From assembly GCF_009914755.1 (NCBI RefSeq), contig NC_060939.1: a stretch of 64,000 bases of DNA, one strand, 5' to 3'. Positions within the stretch are counted from its first letter, which is position 1. Each line of letters begins with the position of its first letter. Below the pieces are notes generated by a model. That model ran no database searches. It saw only the letters and a list, made by a program, of their open reading frames with translations, and was not told where the DNA came from. The DNA comes from the human T2T-CHM13v2.0 reference genome, Homo sapiens. Both the position numbers and the translations under genes were made by a program. Positions 1 through 16,498 of this stretch are shown one piece after another.

Positions 1-291
1 TATCTAATCAGATGCCAGTGAATATAAAGCAGGCAGAAAAATGTGAAAAGGTGAGGCTGGCGTAGCCTCCCAGCCTACATCTTTCTCTGATGCTGGATGC
101 TTCCTGTCCTCCAACATCAGACTCCAAGTTCTTCAGTTTTGGGACTCAGATTGGCTCTCCCTGCTCCTCAGCCCGCAGACGGCCTATTGTGGGACCCTGT
201 GATCATGTGAGTTAATACTTAATAAATTCCCCTTTATATATATATCTCTATTCCATTAGTTTTGTCTCTCTAGAGAACCCTCACTAATACA
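1..291 (+). mobile_element. MLT2A-type (HERV-L) LTR, 3' part
   Basis: Matches recalled consensus (ctcagcc.gcagacggcctattgtgggacc). AATAAA near 221. Ends ctaataCA. Confidence 0.85.
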
Positions 292-556
292 TGTACTTAC
301 ACAAAGCTAGATGGTACAGCCTATTACACACCTAGGCTATATAGTATAGCCTATTGCTACTAGGCTACCTATCTGTGTAGCGTGTTATTGTACTGAATAC
401 TGTAGGCAATTGTTATGCAATGGTAAGTATTTGTGTATGTAAACATATCTAAATATAGAAAAGGTATAGTAAAAACACAGTATTATAAGCTTATGGGACC
501 ACTGTCGTATATGCAATCCATCATTGACTGAAATATCATTATGTGGCACATGACTG
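292..556 (+). mobile_element. Tigger3a/MER7 DNA transposon, interrupted by the MLT2A LTR
   Basis: tgtacttacacaaa.ctagatggta...ggcacatgactg followed by TA. Homologous to the copy at 42845. Confidence 0.85.
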
Positions 557-880
557 TATATTAAGATACTGGAGATTCAGAAGTGCCCCATGTGGTTGGC
601 TGCCCCAGGACCTGAGGCAGGGTAAGGCAGCATGGTCACTTACTCAGCCAAAAGTGCTGGATGATATCAGTCTTCCCTTTCAGGGGCTCAGTCAGTCCAA
701 AAGGTAAACTGCCTGGAAATATAGTACACTAAGGCTTTTCAGTGCCTCCTCACAAGGCCAATAAAAAAGGTAAACAACATTTTCTTATTGCTGTGACAGG
801 ACAAAGCAGCAAAGAGGAAATAAAAGAAGTTCTATTAACATAGAAGGTAATGCTGAGTGAAGAAAAATGAGATGATTTTA

Positions 881-1162
881 GGCAGGGTGCGGTGGCTCAC
901 ATCTGTAATCCCAGCACTCTGGTAGGCCAAGGCGGGCCGATCACCTGAGGTCAGGAGTTCGAGACCTGGCCAACGTGGTGAAACCCCATCTCTACTAAAA
1001 ACATAAAAATTAGCCAGATGTGGTGGTGCACACCTGTGGTCCTAGCTACTTGGGAGGCTGAGATGAGAGGATTGCTTTAACCCGGGAGGTGGAGGTTTCA
1101 GTGAGCCAAAATTGTACCATTGTACTCCAGCGAGGAGTGCAAAAAAAAAAAAAAAAAAAAAA
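881..1162 (+). mobile_element. Alu (S-type) with rearranged 3' end
   Basis: Alu dimer with poly(A). TSD-like gagatgatt on both sides. Confidence 0.95.
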
Positions 1163-1272
1163 AGAGAGAGATGATTACAAGCAAATGCAGCATCACTGTG
1201 GTACATGTAAAACTACTTACATTTCTTACATTTACATGATACTTTAAAATTTATAAATTATTATCATAATTA

Positions 1273-1611
<339 letters not shown>

Positions 1612-3064
1612 TCAGTATTTCCACCATTTCACAGACTAGAAAACTGAGATCTAGAAAGGTTATCCAAACAGTGTGTGGCAAAGCATCAATTTAAACAGGT
1701 CTTTTAAGTATGGTGCTATTTCTACTAAAGAAGAGTTACAGCCAGTCAGCAGGCAAGGTAAAAACAGCATATAGTTGAAATTATTCTTGAAAGTGCCTTA
1801 AAATGTCCATAAAGTACAGAATACTACCATTTCTCAATAGGTGCAACAGAGCCAGTTTTTCCTCCAGCTCTAGAATAGACGTCTTTTCCTCAGATGAATG
1901 TGGATAAAGTAAGCTGGCTGCAGACAGCAGTCACATTTGTACCAAAAAAAGTACTCTGCTTTCAACTACTGGACTCATACTGGTGCAGCCTGATTTGGGG
2001 CCACTGAACTGCTGTCAACGAGAAGACTGAGAGAATAGCAGATGCATGAGGGCACTAAATCATTACCCTCACCATAAAGCATGACTAAGCCAAAGGACAG
2101 GCAGAATCACAGACGTTAAGATTTTTCTACCTCCTGAACACACAGCTGAATTTAAGAGAGTCATGTAAACATAGTGTGACTCTATTGTATTCTATAGCTA
2201 CATCAAATATCCACTCCTTGTTTCAGACATACATTGACTGCCTACTGTCCTAGGTGCTGGGAATACAAATGTTAACAAAACACAGTCCTGTCTTTGGGTG
2301 GTTTACATTCAATAGAAGCAATAATCAAGCAGATTTAATTAAATTTTTCACTTTTATTAAATGCCTATCATTGTGCTATGTTCTTGAGAAAATTGAGATA
2401 AATGTGCAAGGCCCTGGCTCTTAAGGAGCTTATATAATAAAGAGACAAAACAAAGTACTGCTGCTCTAAGAGTTGAACCGAAGAAACTACTCCAGTATGG
2501 AATATGGAAGGAATTGAAGGAATCAGAGGAGGCTGCGGAGAAACTGACATCTGAGTTGGGCTTTCAATTTCACAAGACAAGCAGTGTTATGAAACAGAGG
2601 CACGTTCCAGGTAGGGCACACTGGGAGAAGAGCTGGTAGTCTCATCTGACTGCATCGAGGGGTCTAATATGACTAGATCACATAAGTACAATGGGGAATG
2701 AAAGGAGATAAGGCGTAATGGGGCAGAGGCAACAATTCTCCCATTTCCCTCCATCTCTATTACTTCTCTCAAGTCAAGGCCATCATCATCTTGCCTCCTG
2801 GCCACAAGGGAATACTCTATCTCCTAGCCTCCCCTGCAGTTAGAATTGGGCCAGCGTGATTGAGTTCTGACTACTGGGCATACACCAGTGTTGTAGATCA
2901 CTTCCAGGCCTGCTGTAAAACCCCTAAGCCATCATCCACACTATACCCTTTCCTGATAATAGTAAAAGGCCATGTATTAAAGACAGCAGTGTCAATATAT
3001 GGGCAGAGCCTGGATTTTCAAGTTACTCTTAAGAGTTGCCTAGGAGAGCTGTACAACTTGACTA

Positions 3065-3417
<353 letters not shown>

Positions 3418-3856
3418 ACACTGATTTAAAAAAATTTATTTCTTTCCAAGGCACAGCTCAGCTTATCTCAGTACCTTCCCAACTAGTCTCTGATTCTCCT
3501 TTGTTTCATTTGGATGCACATAACCGCAAAAGTAATCCTCTTAAAGCACAAATTGGATCACCATGCTCCTGTTTATAACACTTCCAACGCTTTGTGTTGT
3601 ACTTAGAATAAAAATCCAAACTCCTTAAAAAGGCCTACAAGGCCCTGCATTATCTGGTTTCTGACTCTTTCCAACCTCACCTCAACCTGGTCTCTCTCCT
3701 TATTTATTGTCTGACCATACTTGTCTTCTTTCAGTCCTTTCTCCCATTAGGGCCCATGCATGTACATGTTCTTCCCTTGGCTTGTAACATTCTACCTCTT
3801 ATTTTTGCTCTTCACATGGCCAACACAATCCCATCTTTTGGGGCTTGGCTTACAAT

Positions 3857-4066
3857 CAAGCTTCTCTAACCTGTAACCCAGGATGGCTTTGAATGTGACC
3901 CAACACAAATTTGTAAACTTTCTTAAAACATTATGAGATTTTTTTGTGATTTTTTTTTTTTTTGGCTCATCAGCTATCATTACTGTTAGTGTATTTTATG
4001 TGTAGCCCAAGACAATTCTTCTTCTTCCAGTGTGGCCCAGGGAAGCCAAAAGATTGGACACCCCTG
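3857..4066. mobile_element. MER30 hAT MITE
   Basis: caagctt...ggatggctttgaatg...ggaagccaaaagattggacacccctg. Homologous to the copy at 20784. Confidence 0.85.
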
Positions 4067-4536
4067 GGCCTTACATGGTAGCTTTAGAAAGAGACCTTCC
4101 TTGACCACTCTATTTGATCGGAGGTTCCCCCTTGTTTTCAGCTCAACCTTGTAGCATCTATGCCCTCAGAAAAATTTAATTCAGATGTTATCAGAGTCAG
4201 AGGATCCTACAACTGCTCTATGTCCCCCAAAGCAAGAGGCAAATCTACTGCATTTTTATGTAATCTACATTTAAATAGCCCCATTCCTAAACCTGGAAAG
4301 TATATTAAGAAGATTAATGAAGCTTGCTTAGCTTTGCATTTCCTCTCTATCCTATCCTCTGATATTAGCAACGTTGTAGCAGTGGGTGAACTGGTTGAGA
4401 TACACATTTTAGTTTCAGGCTCACCAACGGTGTGTATATTTATGGATTCCATTAGTCTTCTCAACTTGCTAAGTGATGCTTAACAAATTTGAACACTCTA
4501 ATAAAGATATTTGTGTTACCAGGATCACGTGATCCT

Positions 4537-4868
4537 ATTATTATTATTATTATTATTATTTTTGAGATGGAGTCTCACCCTGTCACTCAGGCTGGAGTGC
4601 AGTGGCACAATTATGGCTCACTGCAGCCTTGATTCACTCAAGTAACCCTCCCATCTCCGTTTCCCAAGTAGCCGGGACTACAGGTGCATGCTACCACACC
4701 TGGCTAATTTTTTTTGTTGTTTTTTGTTGTTGTTGTTGTTTTGTTTTTTGTAGAAACAGGGTGTTACTATGTTGCCCAGGCTGGTCTCAAACTCCTGGCC
4801 TCAAGTGATACTCCTGCCTCAATCGCCCAAGGTGCTGAGATTACAAGCATGAACCACTGTGCTTGGCC
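4537..4868 (-). mobile_element. AluJ with (TAT)n tail
   Basis: Reverse-complement Alu dimer. Confidence 0.9.
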
Positions 4869-5698
4869 CACTCTGTCTCTTATAGTTGTTATAATATTCA
4901 GAATCTGACAAAAACAATATTTATAGGAACATATCTGCTTTAATCTTGTTTATAATTCTGATATCTTCACATTTATTTTAACAGACAGAAAACATTATTT
5001 ATGCACTTATAGGGTTAATTTTTCTTGTATTCTCTGTGTAGGAGACTGTTGATCCAAAGTAAAGACTTAATTAAATTTGCCTAACATTTGTTGAAAATTT
5101 AGGTGCCAGGTGTAATATGGGGTTAAAAAAATAAGACATGGCTGTTTCTCCAGGATTTAAAAGCTAGTTAGGAAAACAGACTCATACATAAATACTAAGT
5201 ACAGATAAACTTGATGTAATTTCCCAAAATAATATAATACTTCTCAAAAGCAAATTTCGACCTTTACTGTAAAGTGAGAGACACATGAAAGATTCCTGGT
5301 AGAAAACAAAATAGCTACTCTCTCTAGGTCCACAACTGATGTCAAAGTGAACAGCAGCAGCTATTGGATGAGGTGTTGGCCATGTGCAACGTGTTGAAGT
5401 AATAATATTCTATGGCAAGATATTCCAATTTTTAAAGATTTATAAAATATACACAAAGTGAAAGTGGCTCTGTAAAACTGCATCATTTAACACTTTGATT
5501 ATAACAAAAAAACTGACTTTGGTCTTAGCTCAGAATAGACAAAGCTGGAAACATATCATTGCTATTTGACCTTTGATGTAGCTAGGGAAGCAGTCATATT
5601 TAATATGGATATGCTTTTTGCTTGTTGCTGGAGGAGGTTTATTGTTTTTTTTAACTTTATTGGTTGTCCCATGAGAAACCTAAAATTTTGAAAGAAAA

Positions 5699-5990
5699 GA
5701 CCAGGTATGGTGGCTTCATGCTGGCTATTTCAGCACTTTGTGAGGCCAAGGCAGAAGGATTGCTTGAGGCCAGTTTGAGACCTGCTTGGGCAACATAGGG
5801 AAACCTCATCTCTGCTTTAAAAAAAATAAAAAAAAAAAGCCAGGCATGGTGCACACTTGTAGATCAAGCTACTCAGGAGGCTAAAGTGGGAGGATCACTT
5901 GAGTCTTGGAGGTTGAAGCTGCAGTGAGCCATGTTTGCACCAACTGCACTCTAGCCTTGCTGACAGACCGAGACCCCGTCTCAAAAAATT
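5699..5990 (+). mobile_element. AluJ
   Basis: Diverged Alu dimer. Confidence 0.9.
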
Positions 5991-7718
5991 TTTTTAAATG
6001 AAGAAAATAAAATCTTGAAAGAACAGTAAGTAAAATCAAATTCAGGAATGAATCTCAAACTGTAAAATTAATCACAGGGACAGCATGAATTCACGAGACC
6101 ATTCAGATTAAAAGTAGAGTTATTTTTCTCAAGATGAAGACTGAGTAGAGAAACAAGAGGCAGAAGCTGCAAAGCTCAGGCTTTTGAAACCTGATGTCAC
6201 ATTGATACTAGTCATTAGAACACACCCATCACTTACATAACATCTTTTTTCAATTATCCTTCTCCTGTCCACCTGCCCTCTGTTCTCACTCACTGCTTAG
6301 GAAAGATCACAGCAGGAAAGAGCTGGATTATTTACAGAATCTGTGAAACAAAGTAATGTTATGCCTGTTCTCTTTCTTTCAAAAATGGAAAATTACCAAA
6401 CTTTGTTTTGTTATTAAGTGATAGAAAAGCCCTTAGGAGAATGTCCAACTGAAAAACTTGAGAACAATAATTTGTTAGTTTAAAATAATCATTAAGTTTC
6501 AAACTTCAGCTGGTAAATATGATAGTCTTCTTTAGATATAGGTTTAAGAAGAGAATGTGATCAAAGTTTTTTACTGTCCTAAATTCCCCTAAGCAAATTT
6601 TGTCAATAAGAAACTATTAGCACTCAAGATGGGAAAGTTGGAACAATTTTCAGCTCCTCTTGAATCTAGTCTTACAGGTATAATTTCATTGCTTTAAGTA
6701 ATGTGAACTGTATACATTTCAGAAAATACATACAAAAGACAAATATAAGAACACATTCCAAAACAACTCACACACAGTGTATTTTCTCAATTTGTTAGAC
6801 AGTCCCTATTGCTTACAACACAAATTGGCATATGCATGAGAAGACAAACTCACCAATTTAAGGTCTCTAAGGACTCAAGGCTGTATGTTGCCTCTTTGCT
6901 TTATATCCTGTTTGTATCTTATACAAAAGCAGCAATTTCACAGAGCAATAATTACTATATGCAAATACATTTACTGTGCTATAGATACTTCTTAGTCTTT
7001 TGACTGCACAACACTGACAACACTGTAGAATTTAACTACCATTAACATGCAGTAAAGTCTATGTATTGTCCTTTGTAAATAAGGATGATATACTAATACA
7101 TATTCTTATTAATCTATGTGTGGCCGCATTTATGTTTTCAGTGGTAGCAATTATTAGGTATTAAGCCCTGACCAAATTCTCCCTGAGAGCAACAGAATCT
7201 TCTGAAATACCGCTGGTTGGGGTTAGGGATGTAATTTGTAGTAAACCTAGTCAACCCTTCTAAGGCTCATTAACTGATGCTCTAAGGAAATGATTCTCTG
7301 ACCACAGGCAAAATGGAGCCAATTTTCACTGACCGCTGTCCCATAGCATATTAACATATGATATGCTGCCCTAAAGCCCTTGACAGATGCATTACCTAGT
7401 TGGACATTTCCTTCTGGTCAACAAATTAGCTATAGAATTTACATAATTTCAACTGTCAGCAGTTCTATACGCCGAATGAATCATGCAGGAATAGGAAAAT
7501 CTGTTGCAAGATGAATAAACCTAAAACTCGAATGAAGTTAAGTCCATCCAGAGGGATGAAACACATAACACACACGCTGACACTCTCATCATAAGTTAAT
7601 TTCACCATGTTTCTCAGGATGTATTAAAACAGTCGTATTCTAAGGACCTCCCCTACTCATTTATAACACCTTCAAAGCTACAATGAGTGAAAGCATAGAC
7701 TAAGAGAGAAAATAACTA

Positions 7719-8009
<291 letters not shown>

Positions 8010-8121
8010 TTACTAACAGCTTAATGTACAGTGTTTTAAAGCGGAAAAAAACTATAATGCAGAACGAAACAAGTAGCACAGAGTTCTGCATCAGTGTATC
8101 GATAGTCCCCAGAAAAAATAA

Positions 8122-8420
<299 letters not shown>

Positions 8421-8762
8421 CATCTCAAAATAATTTATCTTAAATCTGATCTACTTTTCTTTATCAACACATGTGTTTACAGTTTTCTAAATCAAACAAT
8501 ATAATATGACAATCAAAAACTAAAAGCTTACTTGACTTACAAAAACAAAGGGGAGAACTAATAAAATTAAAAGCTAAGAGGGAGGGCTATAAATTAATCA
8601 GAAGCAATTAGTATCTATTCTCCATGTACACAGAAAAATCTCATAACATTAATTTGATCTCTAATGTCAGCTCACACAGAAAAATACATATATTGGGACA
8701 TAGTGAAAATGCTTGTAGATTTTAAGTCTTATACATAAGTATATTTTCAACAAAAATGTTTA

Positions 8763-8936
<174 letters not shown>

Positions 8937-9089
8937 TCACATAACATTATTACTTGTGAGTACATTACATTGTTCAAGGTCTAACCATTTTGTTTCACCT
9001 TATTAGGCTAAAAATGTAAATTTATTTCCCAAAAAATTATATGATAAACATATATATATATATAAATTTACATAGCTATACAGCAATCT

Positions 9090-10370
9090 ATATGGCAGAA
9101 TATACAAATTGAAAAACTTTTTGAAACAAAGGACACTCCAAAACATAGAAATGGTGGAAGTAATATAACAGCCCATTAGTTAATGTGTTCATTTAGAAGA
9201 AAGAGAACTCTTAAAAGCTATTTTTTAAAAGGTAGAAATAAGGGAAGCAAGCTGATGCTGAAGTTTTGGCTGCTGTGGGGGCATCTGTCATGAGTTTATC
9301 AACCAGGAAGGGGACAGGCATAAAGGCCTTGGGCCTACATAGGACATGAGTTGTAACTGAGATACACCCCACCCCCACCATATAGCTAGGGCCCTAAAAG
9401 GGTTACATCCGTAGTGCAGTATTTGGTGTGTACATTATACTGTAATTGTTTTCTGTAAAACTTAATTGCTATCAAAAGAAAAAAATGAGTTTTAAAAAAA
9501 TTGTCCTGGGAATTTGTTACCACAGGTCTGTCCCTCATTTAGATTTGGGGGTTAAATATATACCCATGTGGTCTGAAAAACCAAGCCTAGAAATTAACTT
9601 GAAATTAACTTCTGGGTGATCATGCCCTGCAGGAATGACAGAAGCAAATTTATCCTCTCAGGATAAATACATCCCTAAATTCAGACCTCATAGAAGTGCT
9701 ATAGAAAAAGCCTCACCAAACATATGTTCATTATTCAAATTTATAAAGTATATTAATAAGCTAATGTCAAAAGAAGCTACAAAGAGTAGAAAAAAGTATC
9801 CCAGGATTTCAGAAATAGAATTATAGGATACGAAGAGTGTTTAAAATGTTAAAATGAAAAATGGAATCAGTCATCAGAAAAGAACCATATTTAATAAAAA
9901 CAAACCAAAACCCAACCAGATTTGGAAAATGATTAAAAAGAACATCTAGAAATAAAAAGCGCAATTATAGAAATTAAAAACTCAATGGGCAGGCTTAAAA
10001 GCTGACCAAACACAGCAGAAAAAAATCAATTGGAAAACAGATATGAAGAAATTATCTAGAATGCAGCACAGAGACACAAAGAATTAGAGAATCCAGTAGT
10101 GAACTTAAGAGGCAGCACAAAGGACAGAATAAGAAAATCTAAGAAAGTCTAATGTATCAATTTGGTGATCTGGGAAAAAGAGTATAAAGAGAAAGGGAAA
10201 AAGGGAATATAAGAATCTTCCAGAATCAAGGAAAGACATGAACATTTTGGTTAGGAAACACATCAAATCCCAAACAGATAAATATTTAAAAACCCACACC
10301 TAGGCACATTTGAATGCAGGACTCCAAAGACAGAGAAGATACCAAAAGTATTCAAATAAAAAGGACAAAT
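9090..10370 (+). mobile_element. Ancient L1M/HAL1-like 5'/ORF1 remnant
   Basis: A-rich degenerate ORF1-like text such as gaaattaaaaactcaatggg and gaagaaattatctagaatgcagcacagaga. Confidence 0.55.
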
Positions 10371-10371
10371 T

Positions 10372-11715
<1,344 letters not shown>

Positions 11716-12984
11716 TAAAGTTTAAGGAACCAGAAAAAGAGAAATAGAGTGTATTATTTTTAGATATTATCAAATCAGGGTTTCAGAGTATGGAAAAAAG
11801 AAGCATGTTAGAATTAGCTGGGAAACCTTTTAAGTTTAGACAAGCAACTGTGGAAGTTCCAAGAGGTGCACTCCTGCATCACCTCACAAACTAACAATCG
11901 TTGTGAACTATGTTACTGAGTAAAAGCATTCTACCCCTCAGGTGTGCTGGGAGCAGAAAAGAGGGTTAAGAACCACTGTTATATACTATCAAATTCCTCT
12001 ACAAGGTTAGATGAGTAACAAAGAAGCAAGTTATCAAAGTAACTGTTAGAGGACACTGTGCTGGAAAGGCTTTTAGAAGAAATTGCCACTGTCTAAATTA
12101 AAACAGTAAAAGTACATAATCTCTATTAGCTATTTTGAAAATGCTTATGTAGCTATTAGAATCCCTGAAAATACTTATGTTTATCTTAAAAATAATGTAT
12201 TTTCACAGATTCCAATGTTGACATAATTCTTTAATAAAATTAACTGGAAAACCTAGTATTTCTAAACTTTTGTAAGAATCTATCAGGAAAAGAAGAGAGC
12301 TTCTTTTCAAGACAAAGTAAATAAGTAAATGACTAGATATCATGAAATAAAGCAACACTGAATCAAACCAAATGAGTTTAAATGCTTAGCAGAGTGCTAC
12401 ACACCGAGAAAAATAGCTTTACTATTTTCAATTTATAATCACGCCATAAGAAGCCAAATTAACTGCAGCATAGCATTTAAGACCACAGTATACTCTTCCT
12501 ATCATATATTGGTCAAGTTCTCATTTTGGCTTATCAGAACAGGAACAAGGTAAAGAAAAGAATCAACAAGAAATACTTTTTTCCCTATTTTATCAAGGAA
12601 TCACTTGCTCAGTTTCCCAACTCCATGCAAAAAAGTTAAAGGACTGATAATCCATAAAAATGCCCAGTTTTCCTACTCATAAAGTTCGGGATGAAGGGGA
12701 AAAAGTCAGCGCAGAACAAAGGGACCAAAGTAAGGGGGTGAGGGGAGATATTTTTAAAATTTAACCCAAGAGGAAAGGGATAATTTACTAAAACAAACAT
12801 TTTAAAATTGTCTGCACTTGAAATCTTCATGAAAACAAAAGGTTTGGTGGGGAGAGGGATATCAGATTAGATACATATTACAGATAAAATGATGACTCCC
12901 ACATTTCATTAGGTATTGATAGTATTATATTCCCAAATAATTTCTTGAAATAGTACACAGATGTTCAATCTCTTCCAAATTCTC

Positions 12985-13078
12985 TCTCTCTATATATATA
13001 TATTTAAATATATATATATTTAAAAATATATATATATATTTAAAAATATATATATATTTAAAAATATATATATATATA

Positions 13079-13111
<33 letters not shown>

Positions 13112-13214
13112 TTGAGACGGAGTCTTGCTCTGTCTCAAATTTGGAAGAGATGTTCAATCTCTTCCAAATTCTCCCTCTCTCTATATAAAAATATATATAT
13201 ATAAAAATAAATAA

Positions 13215-13258
<44 letters not shown>

Positions 13259-13261
13259 ATA

Positions 13262-13262
<1 letters not shown>
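12985..13262. repeat. Two compound (CT)n/(TA)n microsatellite blocks
   Basis: Directly visible TA arrays, derived from an Alu tail and locally duplicated. Confidence 0.95.
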
Positions 13263-13512
<250 letters not shown>

Positions 13513-13807
13513 CTTCTATATTAAATTTGTTAATACTTATATCTAATTAAGGACACAGATTTCCCAAAGACATAAATATACTTAGCTATCGTCTTTTCTG
13601 GCAAATCCAATTTTATTTTCCAAGCAGCTGCACATATCTATTATCCACGATACACTATACCGTGCATTAGTATTACCAATTCCATTATCATTAGTGCCAC
13701 ACAAGAATGAATTAGGACGAACATTCCAAGCAACTTTGTAGCTATTAAAGGGATCCTCAACTCTCAAGCACTTTCCACATCTTTGTACTTTGTAAAGAAG
13801 TCAATCT

Positions 13808-14106
<299 letters not shown>

Positions 14107-14166
14107 TCAATCTGATTTAAGCTATTAGCATACTTATACAGATATGACTCTAGTTCAGATACCTAC

Positions 14167-14232
14167 CCTGTTCCGATGTGCGTTGATTGATGCATAACGA
14201 ACTGTCCCTCGAAAACCTGCCACAGCTCGAGG
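14167..14232 (-). CDS. TTBK2: TTBK2 coding exon (exon 7), 66 nt, activation segment / P+1 loop
   Basis: Acceptor cgttgtAG and donor AGG|GTAGGT. Encodes PRAVAGFRGTVRYASINAHRNR, with the CK1-family SIN motif in place of APE. Confidence 0.98.
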
Positions 14233-15572
14233 CTACAACGAAGCCATGCAAAGAATAATAAATGAGCTTCAAACAGCAATACATTCAGCACACTTGAACC
14301 ATGAAGTAAATGGAAGAAACACGTCCTTTATTGTCACAATAAAACACTATTTAATTTCTAACTTTTAACTATGAAATTACAAGAAACTAGAGAGATTATC
14401 TCTAAATCACATCTTTAAAAAAAAAAACTGATAAAATTTTAATTTTCAGTCCAGTTTTTTCCTACCTACATTTTAAAATACAGAGGCATTTATGACATCT
14501 ATACAATTCTCTATATTAGAAAACATTAAATGCTTTCATATACCCATAATCGTGGTAAGTATCATAGTATATACATTAATATTCAGGTTCTGATACAAAT
14601 AAATATATTTAGATGGTGAGGAATCACTAAGTAAACCTGAGATACCAAGCTCTTCATATCTTGGCTATTTCATTCAAACTCAATTCAAAGGTGGTGGCAA
14701 CTTGTACCCTACCTCCATATGCAATTCATGTATTAAAAATTCAAGTTATCGGATGCTTAGTATGTGCCACATACTAGAAATAACACCAACATGAAAAATA
14801 CATGATCCTAGTCCTCAGAGAACTCAACTTAGAATAAAGTCCAAGCTTTTTACTTAGCCTACAAGACTTTTCATGATCTGGCATTTGTCTCCTTCCACAA
14901 TGGATTTACCATGGTTTCTTTCATGACCAATTTTGGTTTTAGCTCAAAACAGTGCACACGATTCTCTCCAGCTGGAATGCCAGCTCCCTGAATCCCTCCA
15001 ATGGCTAGCTCTTCTACTCCATTTTAAGGCTTCTGCTCACATGTCCCTCCTGAGAGAAACTTTCCTTAATCATCCTAATCTAAAATACTGCTCCCCCATC
15101 TGTGGTGCCACTCTATTCTTTTACTCTGCTTTCTTTCTTTCTTATAACACCTTTACTACCCCCAAATCAATTTTATTTATATTCTTATTCTGTTTATTGC
15201 CCATTTGTTTAGATTTTAATTTTTTTAAGAGATGAGGTCTCGCTCTGTAGCCCAGGCTATAGTGCAGTGGTGTAATCATAGTTCACAGCAGCCTCAAATT
15301 CCTGGGCTCAAGTGATCCTCCTGCCTCAGCCTCCCAAGTAGCTGGAACTACTGGAATGTGCCACTACATAGGGCTAATCTATTTTAATTTGTTTACTGCC
15401 TGTCTTCTTTTAGTCTATAGAATATAAACTCTGTGCGGGCGAGGTCTTTGTCTTGCTCATTTTACAAATATAGATATAGGCTCTGAGAAGTATATAACTT
15501 GTCTAAGGACACAAAAGTTAGTAAATAGTAAAACCAGGCATTAACTAAGGTCTTTCAACATTGTCTCCATTC

Positions 15573-16123
<551 letters not shown>

Positions 16124-16322
16124 TCAAGTCAGTACCCTGACGATTCGTGGGTGGCACTGTAGCTCAATATGACAACTGCCAAACTTGAAAATGATCATAG
16201 ACACACTTTTCATTAGTATAATTTTTGGGTTTTTTTTTTCTTAAGTAACCTCAAATTTTTCTCAATTAACATGTATTACTTTTGTAGTCAGAAAAGATAG
16301 TAAACGTTATTTTAAAAATCCT

Positions 16323-16498
16323 GGCCGGGCGCAGTGGCTCATGCCTGTAACCCAGCACTTTGGGAGGCTGAGGCGGGCAGATCACAAGGTCAAGAGATCG
16401 ACACCATCCTGACCAACATGGTGAAACCCCATCTCTACTAAAAATACAAAAATTAGCCAGGCAACAGAGTGAGACTCTGTCTCAAAAAAAAAAAAAAA
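16323..16498 (+). mobile_element. AluSc-like with most of the right arm deleted
   Basis: aaaattagccaggc is joined directly to aacagagtgagactc. Confidence 0.9.

Noticed and set aside
1-11. DUX4-like site (tatctaatca) in the MLT2A LTR
   Set aside because: It is cut by the window edge and mismatches TAAYBBAATCA at the second position, so it cannot be supported.
12601-12672. Cryptic exon peptide ENWAFLW…GVGKL as a mutually exclusive paralog of exon 8
   Set aside because: Similarity to EMGRHDDLW…VGQL is only a few residues. It lacks the conserved DD and has no frame-preserving donor.
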